NCBI RefSeq assembly: GCF_009914755.1
Contig: NC_060941.1
Direction: 5' to 3' (one strand)
From: the human T2T-CHM13v2.0 reference genome, Homo sapiens
DNA length: 64,000 nucleotides
Shown here: positions 15,851 to 31,991 of the stretch, piece by piece
How positions within the stretch are numbered: position 1 is the first letter of the stretch
Layout: the number at the start of each line of letters is the position of its first letter
The notes under the pieces: model-generated
Told to the model about the DNA's origin: nothing
Database searches by the model: none
Seen by the model: only the letters and a program-made list of their open reading frames with translations
Translations under genes and position numbers: made by a program

Positions 15851-18800
15851 CTAAAGGACAGAGACAGATGTTATTCTCAACACGGACCCTTCTCAACGGT
15901 TACACGTAATCCAGCTGCCAGTAAGTGTCTAACTGGATCTCCCTGGGGTCTCCTCATGCAGGAGCTGGTTCTGGAGTTTCACATCAGGCCTTGCCCAAAC
16001 CCACCCAAAGCAACTGACAGTGCTGCTCCATGGCCCCTCTTGACCCATCAGACGTGTTTAGTTCATCCTTCTCATTTTCACACCACCCATCAGGGTTTAT
16101 TTTTATTTATTTATTTTTTTTGGTAGAGACAGGGTCTTGCTATGTTGCCCAGGCTGGTCTCAAAACTCCTGGTCTCAAGCCATCCTCCCACCTTGGCCTG
16201 CCAAAGTGCTGAGATTATAAGCATGAGCCACCGTTCCCAGTCAATCCATCAGGATTTAAAGAGGCAGGTGAGTCTACTTAACCTGACACCACCACGCAGA
16301 AAACAGATTAGAGTCCAAAGGAGCTTTTGTGCTAAGCCTGCTTCTGGTATTAAGACCCCAGAAGACCTAGGTTGGTTGCTAGAAATCACTGGATCTCACC
16401 CATTTAAATAGATCCTAAGACTTGATTTCTTGTCAAAGAAAGGTGCTCAGCGCTCTGTGAAATCCGCAACCTCTATCGTAAAACTGGCTCATCTACTCGC
16501 TTCTTCTCTAGTCTTAGGCCTCTCCTCACCCCGCAAGTAGCTCTTTCAGGCAATGAAACCTCTTGACATTTTCCAGATTCCTGGTGGGGCCAAGCAAGTA
16601 TTCCTGCTTCCCACATGAGATATTACAGATTCCTGCCCCACAGTCTGTGCCGGCTGGGTGCACCCTCTGTGTTGGCACTTACTACATGGCAAAAACCTAG
16701 TTTTCCTTTATTTGGGTCACATGCCACCCTATCAAGTCACCAGTCAACATGATTGGCCTCCTCTGACCCTGTCAGGATGGGCCAATGACCTAGGCAGTGC
16801 CCAGACTTAGCCCTTCCGCCTTCTTCTCTGAGAAGCTGTCCAGAGGAGAAAACAAGGTGAAAAGAAAATGAACAGCAACATTTGAGGCAGGAAATTATGT
16901 CTACACCAACGGATGTGTCTTTCCTACCGCTGCCGGTGCTAATCAGGCATGGCTGCTTAGGGAGTATGAGAAAAAGGAAAAAAGCTATGGGATTACCCAA
17001 CATGCTGGGGGGTGGAGGGGGACAAAGGGTTTCCTCGAGCTCTATGCCCAACTCCTGGCACCCCCGGGGGGAAGACAAGGGTGTTTCTCTATTTTTTTTT
17101 TTTTTTTTTTTTTTTTTAGACAGAGATCGCACAGTGGTGCGATCTCAGGTCACTGCAACCTCCGCCTCCTGGGTTCAAGTGATTCTCCTGCCTCCTGCCT
17201 CCTGCCTCAGCCTCCGAAGTAGCTGGGATTACAGGGACTGGGTTTTTCTCTCTTTGAGATTAAAACAGAAAGGATGTATCTCTAGGCAACTGCTACTTAA
17301 ATCACTGCCTCCAACAGCAAGGACAGAGGCAGCTTCCAGAGCTGCTTCGCCTCAAACTTAGAAACCTGCTCTACCAGGCAGCTTCCTAAGCACTGCAGGG
17401 AAATTTCTGGGCAAAATCTGGAAAGTGAAGCAGAGGACGAGGACAATTCACTGCTCACCACAAGGCTGAAAGAGCCCTAACTTTCAAAGCAAAATCCCAG
17501 AACAAAATGCCATGAAAAGGGGCAGCAATCGAGGCTCAGTGAAATCCATACAGAGGAACATATGGGTGAAAGCCAGTCACCTTGACCTTGCTAATCCTAA
17601 GCTGCATCAGTGCTGCCTCAATGCCCCCCTGGAGCCCCAAGCTGTCCCTGTGCCTCTCCAAGTCCACCACCCAGCTAGGCACACATGAAAACCCGTCAGG
17701 TGGGTCAGGGCTTGGCTGAGCCAGGGGTGCCTAAGAAGGAGCAGTAACTCCGTTTCAGAGAAGAGCCGTAAGAACATCTAACCACTGACTCAGCAATCCT
17801 AAAGGACAGGCTGGGGAGAGGGCCTGGTGGAGGGGGCGAGGTTCCCAGCTAGTGGTACCACTTGGGAAGGGGGACCCCAGGCAGAGACTAATCGCCTTCA
17901 TTTGGTTTCTCTTCAGCTGCAGGAATCAGAGGGCAGGTTCTAAGAGGATCAGCCTGTTGGCTGGCATCTTCCCCCTTCAATCTCTCTTGATATTCTGATC
18001 CTTTAATCCCAATGAGACAAGTGAAGGCAGTTTTGTTAATCTAAAGGGGTAAGCAAGACTGGCCTGCACAAGCTACAAGTGAAGGGCGCTTTTCACGTTA
18101 GAGTTCCTTTTGGCACAGCTGCTCTGCCCCCTGGGAAAGCAGCCAGACTCGGATGGGGCAGAGATAGGAGTGGGAGGGTCAGATCATTAAATCAGATTTA
18201 AAAAACTCCAACAGGACTGGGAATCTAGCCTCCTCAGACCTGCGATGATGTTCCTTGCTCTTGAGATCTGTTCACCTATCCCAGAGAACTAAGACATTCA
18301 ACTAAGAAAAACAGACTCCACAACTTTGGCAATCTGGGAGGGGGAGCCCAGTGGGTGGGCCTGAAATACTGACATGAAACACGTCATAAACAACAGTACA
18401 GCTTTGGTCCCACCAACATGGCCCTGTCAGGCTGGGTACCAGAGGGGGACTGGTGCCGTGAATCTCTGGAAACAAGAAGTGAAGCAGCCCGGCCGACCTG
18501 TGCCAGGAAGCACTGGTGGACACACCCCGTCAAACAGCCAGGGCTTTCTCGCTCTGCTGCACAACGCCCAGACACTCAGGGTTAGACCAAAGGCTCTGGC
18601 CACCCAGAAGCTAATTCTGCCCCCAAAATATTGATGCAGGCCATCGGAATGATTACAAAGGCATGACCTTCTCTTTCCCTTTCTTCACTTTCCCCTAAAT
18701 CAGAAAACTGCAAAGGCCTCAAGTCATGGCCTCCAATTTAGGAAGTGAATCCACCAGTCACAAGATGCTGAGCTGTTCCCATAGAAACTGTTAAGTCAGG

Positions 18801-20635
18801 ATGGGGATGGGGTTACTGACAAAGACTCTGAGAAGGTTGATCATGAATTGTTTCTTCTTCGGCCTTCCCCTCCAAGATTTTTCTAATTCTCTGAAACTAA
18901 GTTCCGCTTCGACCCTACCCAGGCCACGTGGTACTTTCTTGTCAATGGTTTCTTGCTGAGAACGGGCTGACCACTGCCAGGCAGACAGGTGAATCCTGAT
19001 CAGCACTCACTTCCCAAGCTTCTGCTTAGACTTCAGGCTCTGATTACTCAACTCCGCCCCACCACTTCCTCAATGCTGCAGAAAAACCATCACAAGTGAA
19101 CACCCGCCAACTGTGGATGCTCTCAAGGTGGAAGTTCCCCTTTCCTTCCAGTCTTGGCCCCACCATAAGCCATCAGTGTCTGGCCCTTCAGCCTTACTCC
19201 AAGAACAGCCCCAGGTGCTCCAGGACAGGCTGGCCCTCCTTGGTCTGCAGCACTTCTCAGAGACACTCTCGCCCTTCGTTCCATCAAGAAACTCCCTATC
19301 AAAGGATCCATTTCACCCCTAATCACCACACTAAGGAAATCCCGAGTTCCTGGGGCACATCTTCCTAACGATCGGGGTGGGATCATCCTGTACAGCAGAG
19401 AGGACGTCACTGGACACCTCCCCAAGAGCTGAGTTTGAGGGCAAGGGACGCGCTGGGCTTTCCTGCTTGGCCTTCTGGTTTGGAAAATCATCGCTTGCTA
19501 TTTTCAATAAAGACAGCACAGGCTGGGTGAAGTGGTTGACATCTGTAATCCCAGCACTCTGGGAGGCTGAGGCAGGAGGACTACTTGAGGCAAGACCAGC
19601 GTGGACAACAGAGTGAGACCCTATCTCCACTATTTAAAATAAATATTATAAAATAAAAAAAATAAAGACAGCATGGCCAAAGCAGGTGGGTTAACAAGAC
19701 CCTTCCAAGCCAACACCTGTCAGCCCAGGCACCTGGTTCTCAGGCCCCAGGTACATCCCCAGTGCCTACAGGGATTAGAGCCATCTACCCAGCCATTCCC
19801 TCATTCTCCCTGGTTCCCAGGTTCCCCAGTCTCGTTTCTCTTTTCTGCCCTTCCCAGAACCCCAAGATCACGGTCAAGGCCCACCTCTGGCCCCCTCCCC
19901 AGGTCCCCACAGCTCTTATCAGATATGTAGCCCACCCCTGGAGGCAGTCCTCTAAAGGGCCAGTGTCTGCCCACCCCTCTCGGGGGCCAACAAGCCTGGA
20001 TGTCTGTCTCAACTAAATGTGCTGCAGGCTCTGCTGGCCTGATTTCATTTTTCAAAGGTGCAGTTCATATTGGGAACAGAGTGGAAGTTATCACAGGAGC
20101 TTCATGCTGACACTGCAGGAAAGAGAGACGGAGCCCAGTGACTGGAGGCACTATACTGGCTGACGAACCTCACCCAAACTCGAGTTTAACTGGAAGCTGG
20201 GGCGGGGTGGGGCTGTGATTTCAGAAGGAAGCAAAGAACAAGGCTGCGCCAGGAGAGGAGAGTGGAAGAAGTTCAGAGAAAGAGTGAGACAAGGGAGGTT
20301 CCGTGACAGTTTTCCGTTGTCCAAGAGACTGACTCTGAGTCAGCATGGCCTATGAACCTTCTTACAGCAAATCCTGCTGCCAGATCCCCACATACAAGGA
20401 TGTCAGACCCAGGAACCGTAAAAGGACAGAGGACAAGCCAAGCCTATGTGTTATTCCCTGCCCTTCGTAAAAGGAGGGTTCTGTGTCTTGGTCTTTCCAG
20501 CAGTCACCTATCGTGGCTAGGGAGAGCCTCAAGAGATTTCCTGCCCTGCTGGTTTGTTGCACAACCAGAAAGAGCCACGCACACTTGCCAGCCGAGTCAC
20601 GGACGTCCCAGAAATGCACACACTTGATCCCATCA

Positions 20636-21005
<370 letters not shown>

Positions 21006-21230
21006 TCATCCAGCATACCAACAGCTTGGGACAGGTTGCACACAGTTACCCAGATATACAAAGTAAGTGCCATTTTTCAACTGAAAGTGGCACCACGAAA
21101 TTCACATTGAAATATTTATGTTAGAACAAATAAGAAAACTATATAAACAGGATAACCACTCAGAGCCCAGCTTAGCCAATGGTCACAAACAGTTACACAC
21201 AACTATGGACCAGAAAGTAAAAGGACTTAC

Positions 21231-21261
21231 CTCATCTACAGACACAGGCAGGATTACTCGA
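21231..21261 (-). CDS. PITPNA: PITPNA coding exon 2 (31 nt; (Y)RVILPVSVDE)
   Basis: Pyrimidine tract plus atag acceptor, gtaagt donor; phase 2/0 matches exons 1 and 3. Confidence 0.96.
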
Positions 21262-21357
21262 CTATAAGAAAGGGAAAAGAGAGTATCAACTTTAGGCTGT
21301 GCAATCTGCTCAAGGCTCTTTAAAGCATCATCCTAAAACAGTCAGCAGCATTCTATT

Positions 21358-21545
21358 GTGTAAGACACTAAATTCAGTGACGAAAACCCCACAGAGAATG
21401 GCCCTTTGAGTGCTCTGAGGACAGGACCCTCTGTGCCCTAGAGGTGTAAGACACTAAACTCTGTGACAACACCCCCCCCCCGCCCCCCCCCCCCAGAGAA
21501 TGGCCCTCTTAGTGCTCTGAGGACAGGACCCTCTGTACCTTGAGG
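21358..21545. repeat. ~86-bp tandem duplication, second copy with expanded poly(C)
   Basis: gtgtaagacactaaa...agagaatggccct...gtgctctgaggacaggaccctctgt occurs twice. Confidence 0.9.
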
Positions 21546-24500
21546 CATCCCAGTTAGAACCCTGTGATTCAGTCCAAACCTATCCTCCCGCCAGCTACTT
21601 CCCAGGCCTCCACCTCACATTCGGAACTGGACATATGGATGATAAACTTCACCCAAACTTGCCAATGAGTCGTCCCCCCAACAAGACTTGCCAGTGAGTC
21701 TAGTAAGACAGGTTAACACAGGAGGACCTATCATGGTGAGGATTCAGACCCAAACAAGAGGCCCTGGGGACTTAAATTTCTGTGGACCCAACCTCCCAAC
21801 AACAGCCCTCCAGGGGAAGGGCCAGGAAGGGACCAAGCCCCTTGAAGCCTAAGAACACACACCAGGCATCTCTGCTCGGGGCTGGATATTACAATCCAAG
21901 CTGCTACCACAAAGCCACCAAGAGGGCATTCAACTTATGTCCTGACCTCCAGGAGCTGTCCAAAGGAATCCCAATTTATCATTTTCTTTTCTTCTTCTCC
22001 AACTCAATGACCACCAATTGCTGGAGATGCCACCAGCAACCTATTGGAGAAGCCGTGGCCGGCAAAGTCTCCGCCAGGGCCAGAACCCCACAGAGGTGCC
22101 AGGGCTAGCAGCACTTCTCCAGGTGCCGTGCATGTGAAATGCAGACCAAGAGCCACCCCCAGTTCAAAGCTGTGAGGCGGGAGAGCTAAGACAAAAACTC
22201 TTGGTTTTACCCATACAAGTCCAGCCAGTTTCCAAGCTTAGACGTTCGGTCCCCAGACCCTTGCTGGAGCCCTCTGGGTCCTTTTGTGTCTTGCATGTTT
22301 AGTGAAGCATTAGGGAAGCATGAGCTGCTGTGCCTTCCTTATGCAGCCGGCTCACCACTCAGGCTCCTTGCTCCAGGCTAGTAAACAGCTATTTTCTAGT
22401 TCCACAAAGGTCCCCCAGGAAGCAAGAAGGACACAGAGGGGTCTGAGGAAAACATCACCTCAAAGGCAAGACACCAAGCAGGAAAGTAGCAGGAAAAACA
22501 AAATGGGCTCCAAGTCTTTACTGCCTGCTAACAACTCCCTTCCTCCAGAGCAACTCAAACAACATAAATCCTCCAGTTTACTGAATGCTGCCAGTGAGCC
22601 TCCCCTCCCATTACAGAAAGCCAGTGGTGCAGAAAAATACTCCCAACTTGGAGGCCAGAATTTCTGCACCCTCAGAAGAAACTTCCTAGAAAACAATAAG
22701 CCTTTTATCTTCAAGAGCAGCAGTCAAAATCACATCCAAGATTTTGCAGAAATCAAATTAAACAGAATCCTGTTAGAGGAAGTGTTGGAAAAATCAACAG
22801 GGGCAACCTGCAGACGCTGGGTGGGAACCAAGTCTCACCCCAAAAGAGAATGCCATGGGCCAATTCCTGACGGGATGCGCTGAGGCTGCTGACGTGACGG
22901 CTGCACACTCTGACACTGCCCCCTTGCTCCTTAGGAACAAAACCACTTCGGCAGCAATAGGGTACAATTCCAAAGGACAGGGCCACAGAGGAACTGCCGG
23001 GCTGGGCCTGGAGCGGCACTCACTCTAATGTGACCTTCACTCGCACCCTTTCCAGGGCTGCAACGCTGCGGCCACAGCCAGTGTCTCGGATGCCCTGATG
23101 CCCCTGCTCCTCCCCCGTCCCCCGCCCAGGGATGCACACACGGGGCACGAGTCGGGCAGGAAGGAAACGCAGATACCAGGCAGGCCCTGCATCTCCGGCA
23201 CCTTGGACTTTTCCCTTGCAGGCTTCAAGGGGAGGAGAACAAAGACAGGGAAGGAGTGCCTCTCTTCAAACCTCACTCAGATCTCCTCTGAAGGTCCCTT
23301 CCTTTCCCTGCCTGACCTTCATTTCAAAACCACAGATTTCTACAGATTCTAGGGTTCATTTGGGAACAGGAAAAAGAATCAGAAGGATGGGAAAAGCCTG
23401 TCAGTCTGGACACTGAAGATTAAAATCTAAAGTGCACCACGTTCTCCTGTTGGCATCGTAAAGTTCTTCCTCCTCACCAGGAAAAGCTCCGAGCCCTGGC
23501 TGAATTAACATCAGACTGGATGTCAAGAAACAGAGGGGATGAGGCCTCAAAATAATGCTCTTCAGATGAGGTGTTTAGCTGGGATGACATGTGGGTCTCA
23601 GCTCCCTCTGTTACCCAAACTCCACTCTATGTCCTAAATGTCCTAAGCACCTCCAAGGAGCCAGCCTGGTGGGGATGGTCAAAGTGCGATCGCTGACAAA
23701 GTGGCAAGAGCTCTCTGCACACCTGCCTGGCTGCCTCACAAGTTGCTCTCTGTTTGACCATCTCCCACTCCTGGGGCTTCTGGCCCTCCCTCCAGGAAAG
23801 CAGTTTCACTGTAAATTCTGTGCACACACGCACACGCACACACACACACACACCCATCCTATCTCTCCTCTTTGGGGAGAAAAATGTCCTGTGATGCTTA
23901 CTTGGAACCCTGAGCTTCAACGATGGCTCATCTTGTACTTGAAAGATTTAGCACACCAAACATCTCCACCTGTCCCCCAGTCCCCTGGATTTCAGGAGCA
24001 AACCCGTCATCCTGCAACTCCTTCCAGAAGTCACCAGTTTCCCACGCACCCCTCTTCACTACTCAAGAGCTCCCCACCCCTTCCACCATCTCTCCTCAGT
24101 TCACGGCTCCATGGACCCCTCAATTCCTCAAAGAATTTCCCCATCTCTTTGCACCAAGACTGAGAATCCCCTAGAAACAAGCTGGCCCTGCCCTGGTCTC
24201 CCCCATCTCCAACGGCAGGTATACTCATCCCAACATACTCTCTTTCCGGACCAGCCTCGACCCCGGTAACTTCCCGGCCTTCTCCACTTCGGACCCTACC
24301 CAACATTTTCTGGCCTCCTCGCCCAAGTCTCCCCACGTCCCAAGCAGTCATCCCAAGCTTGTTCCAAAAGCCTCCTCTTCCGCACCAGCTGCTTGGGCAC
24401 CACGGTTACTCCGGCCCGCATCTCAGCCCCCTCTGCATGTCCTCAGACCCTTCACCTGTCTCCCCAGCCAGGCCCTGACTTCCTAGTCCTCCTCCTGTGT

Positions 24501-24917
24501 CCACTTACCACCACCCCTCACCCGATGCCTAAGGCGGCCACTCCTCCCCATCCCCATCCCAACTCCATCGCGGAGCCTCTGACCCATCCACCCGGCTCTC
24601 CGTGTGAACTGTTCGGCCCTCCACCTTTCCCCACCGCCGGGAGGCCCTGCCTGCCCCGGTGCGCCTCTTCCTCGGCCGCCGCGGGGCCTCTCAGCGCCGC
24701 CTGCAGTCCCGGCTGAGCCCGCGCCCTCGGCCCGCGCAGAGCGACCCCACAGCACTCCCAGCGCTCGGCGTCCCCTCGGCCTCCCCCAGTCCCGGGCCAG
24801 CTCTCCCTGCCCTGACCCCGTCTCGGGCCTGGCCTCGCCCTCGCTGTCCCCGGCCTCTCCTCGGGTCCACTTGGGCCTCCGAGGCCCCCGGGGCGCCTGA
24901 GGAGCCGTCCGCCCGGG

Positions 24918-25075
24918 TTGTCCCTCCGTGCCCGTGGGCCCCTCCATGCCCCGGCTGCCCGTCCATGCCCCGTGGGCCCCGGCTCAGATGCCGAACGCCC
25001 CGGCTGCCCCTCCACGCCCCGGCCGCCCCTCCACGCCCCGGCCGCCCCTCCGTGCCCCGTGGGCCCCGCCTCACG
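24918..25075. repeat. Degenerate ~20-bp GC-rich tandem repeat in PITPNA intron 1
   Basis: Recurring ccctcc(a/g)(t/c)gccccg(g/t)... units. Confidence 0.7.
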
Positions 25076-25243
25076 TGCCGCCCGCCCCGGATCCCCTCCA
25101 TCCCCGCTGGGCCCGCCTCAGGCACCCTCCGTCCCTGCTGCCCCTCCGTCCATCCGGGCCCTGCGTCCCTCGCCGCGCCGTCGCCCCGGCGGCCGTCCCC
25201 ACCCTCCCTCCTCCCCGCTTCCGCACGGCCGCCGGACACTCAC

Positions 25244-25263
25244 TACTCCTTGAGCAGCACCAT
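25244..25263 (-). CDS. PITPNA: PITPNA exon 1 coding part (ATG at 25263; MVLLKE plus TA)
   Basis: gacATGG in Kozak-like context, ATGGTGCTGCTCAAGGAGTA|gtgagt, inside the CpG island. Confidence 0.96.
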
Positions 25264-26198
25264 GTCGCTTCGCGGCTCGGTGGCTGCCCGCGGCCCGCCC
25301 GGCCTCCCGCCCGCTGCCCGCCGGCCGCTCTCCCCGTGGCCCGGCCCGGCCCGGCTGCCTGTGCGTCTTCGTCGTGCTCTGCTCCGTCCCCGCCGCCCTC
25401 GCCGCGGTCGCCGCGCCGGCTCCTGCCGCCCGGGCCTCGTCGCCTCTCGCGCCGCTGCCGACGCCGCCCGGAGCTCCGGTTCCGCAGCGCCGCGCGGGGG
25501 CGGGGCGTCTCTGCGGCAACCAGAGCGTCACACGCCGCGGTGCGCGCTGACGTCACGCGGGGCCGAGCCTTCCCAGGCCCGCCCTCCCGTCCTTAAGTGG
25601 GCCGCGGCGGCGCTGTCGGTTCCGAGGTGGGGCCCCGCGGCTGGGGCCAGACCCGGCAGAAGGCGGAGCAGACTAGGGTGTCCGTCACCGTCCTCGGTGT
25701 GAACCGCCACGGATGCACGCGGGTGCTGGCTGGGGGGCCTCCCCGGTTGAGGGAATTGAGACCCAGGAAAAGGTTGTTTCAAAAAATATTAATAGCCGCG
25801 CGCGGTGGCCCACGCCTGTAATCCTTGCACCTTGGGAGGCCGAGGCGGGCGGATCACCTGAGGTCAGGAGTTCGAGACCAGCCTGGCCAACATGATGAAA
25901 CCCCGTCTCTACTAAAAATACAAAAATTAGCTGGGCGTGGAGGCACGCACCTGTAATCCCAGCTACACGGGAGGCTGAGGCGGGAGAATCGCTTGTACCG
26001 GGAGGCAGAGTTTGCAGTGAGCCGAGATCGCGATCGCGCCATTGCACTCCAGCCTGGGGGACAAGAGTGAAACTTCGTCTCAAAAAAAAAAAAAGAAAAG
26101 AAAAGGGCTGTGAGGCCGGGCGCGGTGGCTCCTGGCAGTAATCCCAGGCACATCATGCCTGTAATGCAGCACTCAGGCGGGCGCATCACCTGAGGTCA

Positions 26199-27130
<932 letters not shown>

Positions 27131-27432
27131 GGGAGATGGGAGTGGGCTGCCTAAGACAGGGACTTGGGAAGGGAGGGTGGAGCAGCTGGCCGTGTTGCTA
27201 TCAGGATGTGACTGGCGGCCCGCGACTGCCCTGAGCACTGTGCTCACTTATCAGATCCTAGAGTGGGGGCCAGGCTGAGTGCCTCACACCTGGATTCCCA
27301 GCACTTTGGGAGGCTGGGGCGGGCGAATCACTTGAGGCCAGGAGTTCAAGACCAGCCTGGCCAACATGGTAAAACCCCATCTCTACTAAAACAAAAATTA
27401 GCTCAGTGTGGTGGCATGTGCCTGTCGTCTCA

Positions 27433-28353
<921 letters not shown>

Positions 28354-28934
28354 AAAAAAACAAGCCGACCTTGGACATCATGTCATCTCACCCCTCCAGG
28401 TTACAGTGCACATTCTAGAAATATGCACATTTCTTACAAATGCATAATGCCATTGTCATACTTAACAAAATTAATAATGATTTCCTGATGCTATCTCATC
28501 CCCAGTTCATATTCTAATTTCCCTGCTAATCTAAAAAATGCTATAGTTTCCTTTAGAGAAGTTCAGTATCCAGGCAAGGTCCATGTATTTTTTTTTTTCA
28601 CACTTTATTTTGAGTTACGTTTTTTACATCTTTTTCAATAGCAAGTTTGCTGCAGATGTCCATACGGGTTAGACGCAGGGGTCACACCACTCTCCAGCTG
28701 TGCCACACTGTGAGCCAACAGCCCCACCCAGGACACAGACTTCCGCTGCCTTGGAGTCCCAGGCCTCCACTTCCTACCTCTGTGACCTTGTGCAAGTGAC
28801 TTAACCTCTCTGTATCTCAGTTTCTTCACTTGGGAAATAGGGAACATGCCGGTACCTGCGTCATGGGGCTGCTGAGCCTCCTTGGATGAGGCAATGGACA
28901 TGAAGCAGCTTTCTGCAGTGAGTGGCATATTTCC

Positions 28935-28971
<37 letters not shown>

Positions 28972-29369
28972 GGAAAAGGGCGTTGTGAACAAGGAGGGAT
29001 GGACACCCCTGCCCCTCAAAACTACCTCTAGGCTGGTCACGGTGCCGCACACCTGTAATCCCAGCACTTTGGGAGGCCGAGGTGTGTGGATCACCTGAGA
29101 TCAGGAGTTCGAGACCAGCCTGGCCAACATGGTGAAACCCCGTTTCTACTAAAAATACACAAATTAGCCAGGCGTGGAGGTGTGCGCCAGTAGTCCCAGC
29201 TCCTCGGGAGGCTGAGGCAGAAGAATCATTTGAACCTGTGAGGCAGAGGTTGCAGTGAGCCGAGATAGAGCAAGACTCTGTATCAAAAACAAAACAAAAC
29301 AAAAAACCTACTTCTGCATTTCTGCATGCTCCAGGCTTAACAGAGGAAAGAAACGAGCAGCTTTCCATG

Positions 29370-29700
29370 GATCTCTCTCTCTTTGCCTTGCTCCCTCTGT
29401 CCGTCCTCTCTCAGTTTCTCAAGCTCCCTCTCTCTTCCTGTTTCTCCTGTCCCTTTCGTATCTCTCTGTCTCTCACTTGTGTCTCTCTGGCTCTCCCAGG
29501 CTGTCTCTCTCTGGACCTCTGTCACCCTGTCTCATTCTCTCTCTGTTCTCTGTCCCTCCCTTCACATCTCTGTCTCCCTTTATGACTGTCGTCTCACTTC
29601 TCTGGGCTCTCTGCATTTCTGCCTCACCTTTACCTCGCTTCCTGTCTCTCCTCTTTGGGCCTTTCCCTTCCCCTCTCTCCCACTTCCTGTGGTCTCAGTC
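29370..29700. repeat. CT-rich low-complexity tract
   Basis: Degenerate (TC)n/(TGTCTC)n polypyrimidine run. Confidence 0.85.
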
Positions 29701-30582
29701 TTTGTTTTTTTTTTTTTTTATTATTATTTTTTGAGACAGAATCTTGCTGTGTCACCAGGCTCGAGTGCAGTGGCGATCTCGGCTCACTGCAAGCTCCGAC
29801 TCCCTTGTTCAAGCGATTCTCCTGCCTCAGCCACCCGAGTAGCTGGGATTACAGGCGCCCGCCACCACGCCTGGCTAATTTTTGCATTTTTAGTAGAGAC
29901 GGGATTTCACCGTGTTGGCCAGGATGGTCTCGATCTCCTGACCTCGTGATCCGCCTGCCTCGGCCTCCCAAAGTGCTGGGATTACAGGTGTGAGCCACCG
30001 CGCCCAGCCCTTGTTTTGTTTTTCTTCTCTTTTTTGAGACAGAGTGTTGCTCTGTCGCCCAGGCTGGAGTGCAGTGGCATGATCTCGGCTCACTGCAAGC
30101 TCCATCTCTCGGGGCTCAAGCGATTCTCCTGCTTCAGCCTCCCGAGTAGCTGGGATTACAGGAGCCCGCCACCACGCCCGGCTAATTTTTGTATTTTTAG
30201 TAGAGACGGGGTTTCACCATGTTAGCCAGGATGGTCTCGATCTCCTGACCTCGTGATCTGCTCGCCTCAGCCTCCCAAAGTGCTGGGATTACAGGCGTGA
30301 GCCACTGCGCCTGGCCAATTTTTTTTTTTTTTTTTTTTTTTAAGAGACAAGCTCTCATTATGTTGCCCAGGCTGGTTTCAAACTCCTGGGCTCAAACGAT
30401 CCTCCTGGCTGGGCCTCCCGAATTGCTGGGATTATAGATGTGAACCACAAGACCCCATGTTTCATCGTCTCTTTGCGGCTATCTCCTTTCCCCTGTGTCT
30501 GCTGTGTTCTATCACAGTCTATTTCTCTCTCTCACTCCTTCGTCTTTTTGTTTTGTTTTGTTTTTTCTTTTTTTTTTTTTGA

Positions 30583-30930
<348 letters not shown>

Positions 30931-31094
30931 TGACCCTTGGTACTGCGTCGGTTATAGCCAGCCCTGTAACCCATCTCTGGGTGTCCTGGGGAGACTGTAT
31001 TTCACTGTTTCCATCTTCCGCTCTGCTCTTCTCCCAGCCTCTTAGTCTATTTTAGCTTCTTTTCTGTGGTATTTCTGTCTCTCTCTCTTTTTAA

Positions 31095-31421
<327 letters not shown>

Positions 31422-31985
31422 TAGCCAGGATTGTCTTGATCTCCTGAGCTCGTGATCTGCCCGCCTCGGCCTTCCAAAGTGCTGGGATTACAGGCGTGAG
31501 CCACCGCACCTGGACATTTTTTGTAGTTTTAGTAGAGACAGGGTTTCACCATGTTAGCCAGGATGGTCTCGATCTCCTGACCTCGTGATCTGCCCGCCTC
31601 GGCCTCCCAAAGTGCTGGAAATGCTCGCCACCACGCCTGGCTACTTTTTGTATTTTTAGAAGAGACAGGGTTTCACCATGTTGGTCAGGCTAGTCTCGAA
31701 CTCCTGACTTCAGGTGATCCGAGGGGGCTTCCTTTATAAGCAGAATTCACCAGCAGCCTTGGTCTTCCCACCCAAAAGGCCTGTTGCTCTGCCCTCCCAC
31801 ACTCCTTCAAATGGCAATGCAGATCAACCAGCAAATGCAGCCTGGCAGGGGTGGGGGTCAGGAACGCATCCCAGTCAAGGGACAGGGAACCTGGGCACCA
31901 GACAAGAGGCGAGAAATGTGTGATCTAGGGAGAAAGAGACACAGGAGCCAAGGAGGAAGCCGCTCGCAGTCATTCTCAGCATACA

Positions 31986-31991
31986 TTTATT
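31986..31991 (-). terminator. SLC43A2: Candidate distal poly(A) signal of SLC43A2 (AATAAA in an L2 3' end), ~6.3 kb 3' UTR
   Basis: catttattgagtgctcactgtgtgccagg is a typical L2 terminus containing AATAAA on the gene strand; consistent with my recollection of a long SLC43A2 3' UTR. Confidence 0.65.

Larger units (their letters stand above)
24500..25810 (-). promoter_or_regulatory. PITPNA: CpG island / PITPNA promoter and 5' UTR, with full CRE (TGACGTCA 25548-25555), RFX X-box-like site (25507-25520) and GC boxes (~25496-25505, ~25577)
   Basis: Very high GC and CpG density around exon 1; motifs read directly; TSS only approximately ~25490-25520. Confidence 0.9.

Noticed and set aside
24483-25821. 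Many overlapping long ORFs (up to 347 aa) on both strands
   Set aside because: Pro/Arg/Gly/Ala-rich products of a CpG island depleted of stop codons; only 20 nt here are PITPNA coding
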